A stretch of 32,000 nt of DNA, from NCBI GenBank assembly GCA_046497275.1, contig JAWOFX010000088.1, positions 30,001 to 62,000 of the forward strand, written 5' to 3'. The translations under genes were made by a program, and so were the position numbers. Shown here in pieces: positions 1 to 8,283 of the stretch (its first letter is position 1; every line of letters starts with the position of its first letter). Origin of the DNA: Promethearchaeia archaeon (GTDB lineage Archaea; Asgardarchaeota; Lokiarchaeia; Sigyniarchaeales; SOKP01). The notes under the pieces were generated by a model, which had not been told where the DNA came from, ran no database searches, and was given only the letters and a program-made list of their open reading frames with translations.

Positions 1-985
1 TCTTATCTAGATCTTTTATAATCTGCTCTCTTGCTTGTTCGATAGTTAATCCTTGATATTTCGAATTCTCATTCATTCGACCATCTTTAGTAAATAGCTG
101 AATTTCATCGAGATCATATTCTAATTTCCATTTTATATCTGTTTCATCTCCATATGTACAACAATAGACTACTCCAGTACCAAAATTCATATCAACGTCC
201 TTATCTACCCTTATTCTGACAGTACGATTGGCAATTGGTAATTTAACTTCAGCAGCAGAAAGATGATAATATCTATCATCATTTGGATGGATAAAAACAC
301 CTACACAACTCTCCATCATTTCAGGACGGGTAGTTGCAATTTCAACAAATTCATCCTCTCTGCCAACTAAAGGTAATTTAATATACCAAAGTTTTCCTTT
401 TTCTTCAGCATATCCCACTTCAGCTTTTGCTACCGAAGTTTGGCAATTAACACAAAAGTGTGTAGGGAATTTATCCCTATATAACCAACCTTCTTCAAAA
501 AAATAAAGGAGAGATTTTTGGACTTTATATTTATACTCATCATCCATCGTACGATATGTATAATCCCAATCTGTTGAATATCCTAAATCATCAAACTGAA
601 TTGTCATATCTCTAATATTATCTTCAACCCATTCAACACATTTTTGAAGAAATTGCTCTCTGTCATCCTTAGAAATACCATAATTATTCTCAACAGCAAG
701 TTCCACGGGAAGTCCATGGCAATCAAACCCTTGGGGAAAATATACATTGTATTTCCCCTTCATTCTATGATATCGGGCGACAAAATCTATCCATGAATGA
801 TTCAGTATATGTCCTAAATGTAAAGTTCCACTGACGAAGGGAGGGGGAGTATCGATACTAAATAGTTCCTTCCCATTTTTAGTTAAATCAAATTTATAAA
901 TGCCATTTTCCTTCCAATAATTAATCCATTTCTTTTCTGTTTCTGTAAAATTAAATCGTTTGGGAAATGTTGCTTTCTTTTCCAT
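1..985 (-). CDS. valS: Valyl-tRNA synthetase, archaeal type (N-terminal part; runs off the window start)
   Basis: Not in the ORF track. Manual translation from ATG at 985 gives MEKKATFPKRFNF...FSIDTPPPFVSGTLHLGHILNHSWIDFVARYHRMKG...FPQGFDCHGLPVE. This has the class I HIGH-like motif HLGH and the DTPPP and GFDCHGLP motifs of ValRS. Confidence 0.93.
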   Translation of the reverse strand, partial: MEKKATFPKRFNFTETEKKWINYWKENGIYKFDLTKNGKELFSIDTPPPFVSGTLHLGHILNHSWIDFVARYHRMKGKYNVYFPQGFDCHGLPVELAVENNYGISKDDREQFLQKCVEWVEDNIRDMTIQFDDLGYSTDWDYTYRTMDDEYKYKVQKSLLYFFEEGWLYRDKFPTHFCVNCQTSVAKAEVGYAEEKGKLWYIKLPLVGREDEFVEIATTRPEMMESCVGVFIHPNDDRYYHLSAAEVKLPIANRTVRIRVDKDVDMNFGTGVVYCCTYGDETDIKWKLEYDLDEIQLFTKDGRMNENSKYQGLTIEQAREQIIKDLDK

Positions 986-1175
986 AATTGAATCAAAGTT
1001 TTAAAGAATTAATAATGGTAATGAATTAACAAATTATAGATTTTCGACTCTAATTTTTCTGAGATTGATATTAATAAAAAATTTAAATTAAATCTGAAGA
1101 ATTTATTTAATTTCTTTTCATAAAATAAATGCAATAAATATCTATCAATATATTTAATTAAGGAAACAAGTGAAA

Positions 1176-1853
1176 TCAAGATTTCCATTTTTTTATTGCT
1201 TGGTTAAATTTAGTAGTATAGCCAGTGTGAGCGGTTAATAAAATCTCTATATTCTCTAATTTTGCAATTTTTTTTATAGAACTATTAACATCATCAAAAT
1301 CATGGCAGATAATTTTAATAAATGCTTTGACTTTCCCATCTTTCAATCTTAACAAATCTCCTGTAAATAGAAATTTTTCATCAACCAAATAAGCCGTATG
1401 ACCTTTCCTATGACCAGGTGTGCTAATCGCATGAATTCTAATATCTCCCACTTTCATCACTTCTCCATCATCTAAGAATTTATACTTTTCTGGATTTTTG
1501 ATTTTAGTTTTTTTTCCAAAATATATCTTTTTATCTTCAAATAATGAAAGTCCTCCTACATGATCTATATCAGAATGGGTTAAGAAGACATGTGATATAT
1601 TTTCAGGTTTTAGATTTAATTTAGTTAATTCTTTTTTCATTTTCCTTTTAGTAAACCCCGCATCTATTAAAATTTTCTCTGAATTTTTAGTAAAGATAAA
1701 ACTTGAAGCAAAATAATTTTTAATGGCAATTATATTTTCGGTTATATGTCCTGTTGATGGAACATAGAATATTAACTTTAAAAGTATATAAAACAGAAGG
1801 ATTATAATACATAGAATTCCTAACAAGATTATTATTACAAAATACCATTCCAT
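1176..1853 (-). CDS. Metallo-beta-lactamase-fold hydrolase with an N-terminal transmembrane anchor
   Basis: Motifs LIDAG, THSDIDHVGG, TPGHRKGH, TGD and TAH. The first ~30 aa are hydrophobic. Confidence 0.85.
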   Translation of the reverse strand: MEWYFVIIILLGILCIIILLFYILLKLIFYVPSTGHITENIIAIKNYFASSFIFTKNSEKILIDAGFTKRKMKKELTKLNLKPENISHVFLTHSDIDHVGGLSLFEDKKIYFGKKTKIKNPEKYKFLDDGEVMKVGDIRIHAISTPGHRKGHTAYLVDEKFLFTGDLLRLKDGKVKAFIKIICHDFDDVNSSIKKIAKLENIEILLTAHTGYTTKFNQAIKKWKS

Positions 1854-1912
1854 TTAAATCATTAATTAATAATTTTAATTCCTTTTTGTTATATATAAGG
1901 ATTATATATAGA

Positions 1913-2014
1913 TGGACCTGACGGGAATTGAACCCGTGGCCTCTTGAAGTCCTGGACTCCACGGAAAGTGGAATATCTTGCGAATCAAGCGATCTTCCGC
2001 TGATCTACAGGCCC
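1913..2014 (-). tRNA. tRNA-Ala(CGC) with a 30-nt intron at canonical position 37/38 (intron 1949..1978); CCA not encoded
   Basis: Reverse complement folds as: acceptor stem GGGCCTG/CAGGTCC with the G3:U70 alanine determinant, discriminator A, D stem GATC/GATC, anticodon stem CTTGA/TCAAG, anticodon CGC, T arm ACGGG-TTCAATT-CCCGT. The intron contains the hairpin TTCCAC/GTGGAG. Confidence 0.95.
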
Positions 2015-2035
2015 ATATAATTGAATTTTAAAGCT

Positions 2036-2052
2036 ATATTATTAAATTCTCA
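2036..2052 (-). promoter_or_regulatory. Putative BRE/TATA promoter of tRNA-Ala
   Basis: The minus strand reads GAGAA-TTTAATAATAT about 25-35 nt upstream of the tRNA 5' end. The background is AT-rich, so support is weak. Confidence 0.35.
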
Positions 2053-2126
2053 AAACTAAAAATAATTTACTTTTTACCATAGATCTGTATATTATCAAGA
2101 TTAGAAAATTAATTAAGAAAATTATG

Positions 2127-2963
2127 TTATAGAAAATCAGTAATTTGATTATGACTCTCTGGAAAATATAATAGTTTCTCCTTATTTTTATCCTTATATC
2201 TTTTTATGGTTAGATCAAGATAGTCCTTATCTTTATCAATCCCGATAAAATTTCTATTTAGCACACTACACACCACACCAGTGGTACCAGAACCAACAAA
2301 CGGGTCAAGAACTGTCTCTCCTTCATTCGTTGATGCTAAAATTATCCTCGTTAATAATTCTATAGGTTTTTGTGTTGGATGTTTCCCATGTTGTTTTTCA
2401 GATTTGGGGAGTAATGGAATTGACCATACGCTTCTCATTTGTTTATCCTTATTTTTTAATTTATCCTTCGGATTATTCCAATGTTTCATTAGTTCATAAT
2501 TAAATGTATGACTAGATTCTTTAGATTTTCGAGCCCATAGGATAATTTCATGGCTATGGGTAAAATATTTACAAGAAAGATTGGGCGGAGCATTCGGTTT
2601 AAACCATATAATATCATTAATAATATCAAATCCATTTTTTTCTAACAAATATCCTACTTTATAAATAATATGAAGAGTTCCGGAAATCCAGATTGAACCA
2701 TCTTTTTTCAAGACAAGTCTGCAAGCTTTTATCCATGAATCAGTAAAATTAATATCTTCTTGAAATCCTTTTGATCTGTCCCACTCGCCCTTATCTACTG
2801 ATTTCATCTCCCCAGACTTGCACGTAACACCCCCATTCGAAAGTAAATATGGGGGATCAGCAAAAATTAAATCAAATTTCTCTTCGGAAAAATCTTTCAT
2901 TACTTCAACTGAATTTCCATGAATTAATGTGAAATTTTTATTTTCAAAGTAAGGTTTAATCAT
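2127..2963 (-). CDS. Beta-class amino (N6-adenine) DNA methyltransferase, DpnA (M2.DpnII)-like; GATC specificity inferred
   Basis: The catalytic DPPY precedes the SAM-binding DPFVGSGTT (beta order). Segments DPPYLLSNGG, SVDKGEWD, PNLSCKYFTHS and GKHPTQKP closely follow DpnA as I recall it. Confidence 0.88.
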   Translation of the reverse strand: MIKPYFENKNFTLIHGNSVEVMKDFSEEKFDLIFADPPYLLSNGGVTCKSGEMKSVDKGEWDRSKGFQEDINFTDSWIKACRLVLKKDGSIWISGTLHIIYKVGYLLEKNGFDIINDIIWFKPNAPPNLSCKYFTHSHEIILWARKSKESSHTFNYELMKHWNNPKDKLKNKDKQMRSVWSIPLLPKSEKQHGKHPTQKPIELLTRIILASTNEGETVLDPFVGSGTTGVVCSVLNRNFIGIDKDKDYLDLTIKRYKDKNKEKLLYFPESHNQITDFL

Positions 2964-3257
2964 GTTTAATTTATAGATGAAATGATATAGATAATAAATT
3001 TTTTATTAAACTATTGTTTAAGATTTGTATAATCGGATTTATTAACATTAATATTTTTTGCCAAATATTTTGAGATAAAAATAAAATATTTACTTGTATT
3101 GAAAATAAAAAAAATAAAACGTGTTTTTGTCTTATTTTAATCCAAAACTTATGAATTCTTGATTTAAATTATTATATGAGATTATTTTATATAATAATAA
3201 ATTATGTATATGGAAGTTCATTACTTATATCTAAATTATTTAGTAAATTGACTTATT

Positions 3258-4196
3258 ATGGATAAAGAGAGATTCAGAGAATTATTTCAAGATCGATTAA
3301 TCCAAGATGTTGCTCAACAAAAAATAGATATTGTTTTATCTGGGCAATATGGAAAGGCATTAGAATTATTGAGGGATGCTGAAGCTACCGGCTTGTTTCC
3401 TGCTCTAGTAGGCCCCCCTGGAGTTGGCAAAACCATCTTATGCCGCTATTTCGCTAGCTTGCGTTCAAAAGAGAAACAAGGAAGAAACTTTCATTGGTTG
3501 ACGATGGATGAATCAATTAAACCTTCGCACTTTATTGGAAGTTTCGATCCAGCTATAACATTAAAACAAGGCTTTACTATAGAAGCTTTCAATTCAGGTC
3601 CTCTTTTGAGCGCTATGTTAGAGGGAGGTACTTTTCTAGCAAATGAAATAAATAGAGCGACCGAATATTCACAAAATACATTATTAGAACCGTTAGAGGA
3701 GGCATCAATCGGGATCCCCCATCTGGGAAGAATTCAAGCAGATGAGGATTTTTTCTTTATATGTGCTATGAATCCAGAAGAACTTTCTGGAACTCACAGA
3801 TTATCTGAGGCGTTAAAAGATAGAATAAAAGTGTGGATAAAATTAACCTATCCAGAAAAAGCTACTGAATTAGATATTATTCGTATTAATTTACCGGAAC
3901 AATTTATGGTAGAAGAGTCTGAATTGGAACTGATATATTCAATCATCGAGGAAACAAGAAAGAATAAAATAGATATTGAAGTACCAGCTTCGATAAGAGC
4001 AGGCATCGCTATAGCTAAGCTACTAGGAAGAAAAAGATATCTTGAAAATAAAGGACTCGCGGAAGGCAAGGAATCTGTATATGTTCATCTAGCTGATATC
4101 TCTAAGCATGTTTTACTTGGAAGCATCAAATCCAAGCCTGGAGTTAAAGTAGAGAATGTTATTGATGGGATAATAAACAAAACATTAGGAGGATAA
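3258..4196 (+). CDS. MoxR-family AAA+ ATPase
   Basis: Walker A GPPGVGKT; Walker B region FLANEINRA; FFFICAMNP; LSEALKDR arginine-finger region; lid PASIRAG. A vWA gene follows immediately. Confidence 0.9.
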   Translation: MDKERFRELFQDRLIQDVAQQKIDIVLSGQYGKALELLRDAEATGLFPALVGPPGVGKTILCRYFASLRSKEKQGRNFHWLTMDESIKPSHFIGSFDPAITLKQGFTIEAFNSGPLLSAMLEGGTFLANEINRATEYSQNTLLEPLEEASIGIPHLGRIQADEDFFFICAMNPEELSGTHRLSEALKDRIKVWIKLTYPEKATELDIIRINLPEQFMVEESELELIYSIIEETRKNKIDIEVPASIRAGIAIAKLLGRKRYLENKGLAEGKESVYVHLADISKHVLLGSIKSKPGVKVENVIDGIINKTLGG

Positions 4197-4206
4197 ATTA
4201 AAAGTA

Positions 4207-6693
4207 ATGCCCGTCTTCCCTGAGGATCCCTGTGAATTCGCGGTTGAATTTATTCGAAAGATGAGATCCCATCCAGACATAGTCCAAATACCATCTTCAA
4301 GACAAGTATTATCTATACCGCGACTCATTCTTTCTCGATACTATAGAAAGGGGGCAATAACTCCAAATGATTATATTGAAATCAGTAAAGTAACTTCCTT
4401 TCCAGATAATCAAGAATTAGCAAATGATTTGGCTTTTGAGATTCTTTTTCCAAATTATAAAAAAGATATTGTGTCAGATTTCTTTGAAAATGGAATAAAT
4501 GAATCCAATATTGAAGAGGATTTTCTAAGCTCATCTGAGAAAGAAGAATTAGATGAACTCCAAGATCTTATTGATGATATTGAGATGTCTGTAGATACTA
4601 ATAAAATACAGGAAATGGAAGATTTTATAGATGAATTAAATAAAAAGAGAAATGAAGAACCATACAATTCAGCAATGCATTTTTTCAATGACGATTCAGA
4701 ATTATTTAAAGAAGAAATTTCTTCCTTAGAAAATTTGATGGAAGAGGCAAAAAAGCGTCTTATGGAAAAGATAAACTCTCTAGATCCAGAAGACCTAAAA
4801 GCCGCATCAAATTTGGATTTAAATGATTTAATAGAAAAAAACTCAAGGAGAGAATGGGAAAAACTTACAAGTCAAGCTTTGAGAAATCAAGATATTTCTG
4901 AGGATTTAAAAAAATTGATGGAAGAAGGAAAATTCGAAGATCTTATTCAATCTATGAAATTTTTAAAGAACACAGAAGCTCTTCAGAAAGACCAATTTCA
5001 GAAAATGAAGAATGATCTGAAGGATCAAATAAAAAACCTCGATCAACTCTTTAATGCAGCAAAAAATTTAGGAGAATGTCCAAATTTCGATAAAAATAAT
5101 GTATTAAGTAATTCGCTAGATAAAAATTCCTTTGAGCATAATTTCAATCTAGCCAATGCATTAGATCAATATTATGGTACAAATTTGAGAGAAGATTTGT
5201 TAAATAAAATCAATCAAATGTCTAATAATTCTAAAATTAAACCATCTTTAGAAAATCTGACAAAAAATCCTCTGGCAAATAAATCATGGAATTCTCTTTT
5301 TAATAAAGCCCTTGAAAATGCTATGCAAGAAATTGAAAATCAAAAAAGAAGGATAGAAGGATATAAATCACTTTCTCATCAATTACAACAATTAATGAAT
5401 TCTTGTGAGAATATGCATTGTAGCCAAAAGATCTCCCAAAAAATTCCAGAGATGATAAAGAAAACTCTTGAAACAAGTAAAAATCCTTCCGAATTAAGAG
5501 ATGCTGTTGAATTCTTAAGAAAGATTGGCTTAGAGCTCAACTCTAAGGATATTGAAAATATTGGAAAACAACTCAATATGCCAGAGGAGGAAATATTTGA
5601 GTTAATTGAGCCAAATTATCAATTACTTAAAAAATTAATAGAAAAAAATAAAGCAAAATTCGATCGGCTCCAAAATTTAATAAAGCGACTAAAAGATGAA
5701 ATAAACTATGATAGAATGAAAGAACTTCTTAACAGTGCCTTTTCTTCTGACAATAGAGAAGCTTTAGCTGCACTAGGTCATCATGATTTAGGCGAAGCTA
5801 TTAAGGGTGCACAACAAATGGAAGGGCAAGAGGGAGTCGATAAGCTAGTAGCAAGCCTTTCTGCTGGTAGCGGGGAAAATCTATTGAAACAATGGTTTGT
5901 TCATAGAAAAAATTTACCAGAACAAGCTAAAGAAAAAGTAAAGGAGTTAGCAAAAAAAATGTTAATCGAACTTGGGATTTATTATTCAAGAGCTAGACTG
6001 GGAAGTTCCACAACTGGACCAATTCCTGTTAATATTGTTAGACCGTATACTGTTGGGGATGATATTGATAATATAGATTTGGAAGAAACAATATTTAATA
6101 TTCTTGAGAAAGGAAAAAAGCTTTCCCATATAGGTTATGATGATTTTTACGTATATGAAACTGCCAAAGGCCTACGTAGCGCTTGTATTGAGCTGGATAT
6201 TTCTGGAAGTATGACCGGAGATAAGCTGGCATATATGGCCATATGTGTTACTATGTTGGTTTATTCTTTGAAAAAAGAAGAATTAGGATTATGCTTTTTT
6301 GAATCTGACACCCACATTCTAAAAGAAATGGATAAGAAAGTTGAATTGGAAGAATTAGCTGATGAATTATTGACAATAAGCGCTCGAGGAGGTACAAGAA
6401 TTCAAAAAGCTCTTGAGTGGGCGAGAAGACAATTCAAAGAAAAAACGAACTCCCGTGAAAAATTAAATATATTATTTACTGATGCGGAAATCTATGATCT
6501 CGAAAACGCTTTAGAAGAGTTAAGAATATTCCGTTCAATGGGGATTGATTTTATTTTAATCTGTCCTGAAACATCATTTAATCTGGAAGAAGCAAAGAAA
6601 ATGGTAAAAATTGCAGGAGGACAATTACTTAAAATAGATAATTGGGAAGGATTTCCAGATCTAATTGCTGAAATAATAAATAAGAGATTTTGA
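4207..6693 (+). CDS. Large vWA-domain protein (CoxE/YehP-like MoxR partner) with a long helical middle region
   Basis: C-terminal vWA with a complete MIDAS (ELDISGS, GGT, LFTDAE). The pre-vWA segment VRPYTVGDDIDNIDLEETI is typical of MoxR partners. Starts 10 nt after the moxR stop. Confidence 0.88.
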   Translation: MPVFPEDPCEFAVEFIRKMRSHPDIVQIPSSRQVLSIPRLILSRYYRKGAITPNDYIEISKVTSFPDNQELANDLAFEILFPNYKKDIVSDFFENGINESNIEEDFLSSSEKEELDELQDLIDDIEMSVDTNKIQEMEDFIDELNKKRNEEPYNSAMHFFNDDSELFKEEISSLENLMEEAKKRLMEKINSLDPEDLKAASNLDLNDLIEKNSRREWEKLTSQALRNQDISEDLKKLMEEGKFEDLIQSMKFLKNTEALQKDQFQKMKNDLKDQIKNLDQLFNAAKNLGECPNFDKNNVLSNSLDKNSFEHNFNLANALDQYYGTNLREDLLNKINQMSNNSKIKPSLENLTKNPLANKSWNSLFNKALENAMQEIENQKRRIEGYKSLSHQLQQLMNSCENMHCSQKISQKIPEMIKKTLETSKNPSELRDAVEFLRKIGLELNSKDIENIGKQLNMPEEEIFELIEPNYQLLKKLIEKNKAKFDRLQNLIKRLKDEINYDRMKELLNSAFSSDNREALAALGHHDLGEAIKGAQQMEGQEGVDKLVASLSAGSGENLLKQWFVHRKNLPEQAKEKVKELAKKMLIELGIYYSRARLGSSTTGPIPVNIVRPYTVGDDIDNIDLEETIFNILEKGKKLSHIGYDDFYVYETAKGLRSACIELDISGSMTGDKLAYMAICVTMLVYSLKKEELGLCFFESDTHILKEMDKKVELEELADELLTISARGGTRIQKALEWARRQFKEKTNSREKLNILFTDAEIYDLENALEELRIFRSMGIDFILICPETSFNLEEAKKMVKIAGGQLLKIDNWEGFPDLIAEIINKRF

Positions 6694-6708
6694 GTAATTA
6701 TTTTCCTT

Positions 6709-7920
6709 CTAATTTAAGAGAGATAACTTTCTCATCCAAGATGATATTGTTTTACGATCCTTTTTCAATTTTATTGCTATTTCATTAGATGAGAAATTCT
6801 TATGAATAAGATTACATAATAAGGGTTTATAGTAATAGTAAAGTCTGGTATTAGTAAAAGTATTATTCCAAAATCTTTTACATAATTCATTTATCGTATC
6901 TGGTCTCACGGAAAATTCAACTGCCATCTCATCTCTTTCATAACCTTCTTTGATCATAGATATTAGCAGTGGTTTTATGAAGAATTCATCTCTAGCTTCA
7001 AGATAATTCATATCCCAAAATCTTTTTATATATCTATGAATGGTACTAAAATATTTTACCGCTAATTGCTTAGTTATTTTTGTTAGGCTAAATCCCCTCT
7101 CTATCATTGATTTGATACGAAGTTTCATAAAATAATATTTAGCGTCTGAATAAGTTTTATTCCAATATTCATTAATGTAAGACGAAATGATACGTCTTGA
7201 AATATCTAATCCGTGTGCTATATCTTTTAAGAGAACTCCACGACTTAATTTTTCTTTTATCAAATCTTTTAAAAAAAATCTTTTAGCTTCGGATATTGAG
7301 TCAATTCCCCAGTCATTATACAAAATGTTATAAATAAAACTACGATTCCTACCAATTTTCTCAGAAATTTGAATTCCATTATAACCCTTAATAATTAACC
7401 TTTTTATCTCAAATTTCATTAAATAATGCCTAACATCTCTGAGAGTTAAGCCCCATACTTCATTACATTTTGTATAAAGAGCAGTCTTCCCAATTTTTAA
7501 CTCTTTTAGTATATCATTTAATGAATACCCCTGGATAATTAGGTCTTTTAAAACTTCAGTTTCGATGTTTTTATTTTTACCACCAGAACCTCCAGCATCT
7601 TGATTATACCCAAATCTATTACCATGTTCTTGAATATTTGATTTATATAATTTAATATATTCTATTTCTTTCTTATCTAACAGATTAAAAGGAACTTTAT
7701 CTATAATTTCAATTTCAAACTTATCAATTCCCTGGTATCTCATTGAATTGTATAAAGGCGCTAATTCACCAGTTCTTGCACAAGATTTGTGTTGTATCCA
7801 GCGTCTTTTTAAAGTCTGTTTAGTTTGGCCAATATAGACTTTTAAATTTATTAAGTTTGTAATTTTATAGATTATTCCATTTTCATTTAGACTTATTCTT
7901 TTTCTGAGAAATTTATTCAC
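6709..7920 (-). CDS. Free-standing GIY-YIG endonuclease with a C-terminal array of HTH-like repeats
   Basis: GIIYKITN...VYIGQT...RRWIQH...KKEIEYI...GYN: all canonical catalytic positions are present (Y18, Y29, R40, E85, N106). A GGSGG linker leads into the repeats. GTG start. Confidence 0.88.
   Translation of the reverse strand: MNKFLRKRISLNENGIIYKITNLINLKVYIGQTKQTLKRRWIQHKSCARTGELAPLYNSMRYQGIDKFEIEIIDKVPFNLLDKKEIEYIKLYKSNIQEHGNRFGYNQDAGGSGGKNKNIETEVLKDLIIQGYSLNDILKELKIGKTALYTKCNEVWGLTLRDVRHYLMKFEIKRLIIKGYNGIQISEKIGRNRSFIYNILYNDWGIDSISEAKRFFLKDLIKEKLSRGVLLKDIAHGLDISRRIISSYINEYWNKTYSDAKYYFMKLRIKSMIERGFSLTKITKQLAVKYFSTIHRYIKRFWDMNYLEARDEFFIKPLLISMIKEGYERDEMAVEFSVRPDTINELCKRFWNNTFTNTRLYYYYKPLLCNLIHKNFSSNEIAIKLKKDRKTISSWMRKLSLLN
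6712..7551 (-). repeat. Protein-level tandem repeat: five full and one partial 48-49 aa units
   Basis: Conserved Trp at aa 156/204/253/302/351 and Gly at aa 131/179/228/276/326. Unit pattern is approximately I-x2-hI-x2-G-[YF]-x4-I-x3-h-x5-I-x6-W. Confidence 0.85.
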
Positions 7921-8283
7921 CCATTTCTAAAATTTCTAAAAAAATACCTCCTCCCATTAATGAATTTTCACTTTTCTATTTAAACTTCTATAAAATTTGA
8001 TTGAAATATTTTTGGTCTGTGGTTGGAAAGTAAATCAGATTGAAATTCCTTTTTGTAAAAGAATATTAAATTAGTGATACAAATTATTCCAAGAATTAAT
8101 TTATTGAAATTATTCAATAACTTTATTTTAATCGTCTCATTTGAGTCTCTGAACAAAAACACAAAATCAAAGATCTATTAACTATATCTATCAATCTTGT
8201 TAAATTTTATAATAATAAATTATTATTATAGAAAATTTATTCTAGATGTAGAGTATCAATATTATTATATCAAGATTTTAATC

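Noticed and set aside
1720-1962. 80-aa minus-strand ORF
   Set aside because: Overlaps the tRNA and the MBL gene in another frame and has no protein-like features.
7980-8162. 60-aa ORF between the nuclease and the SWIM gene
   Set aside because: Low-complexity AT-rich intergenic sequence holding divergent promoters; no motif.
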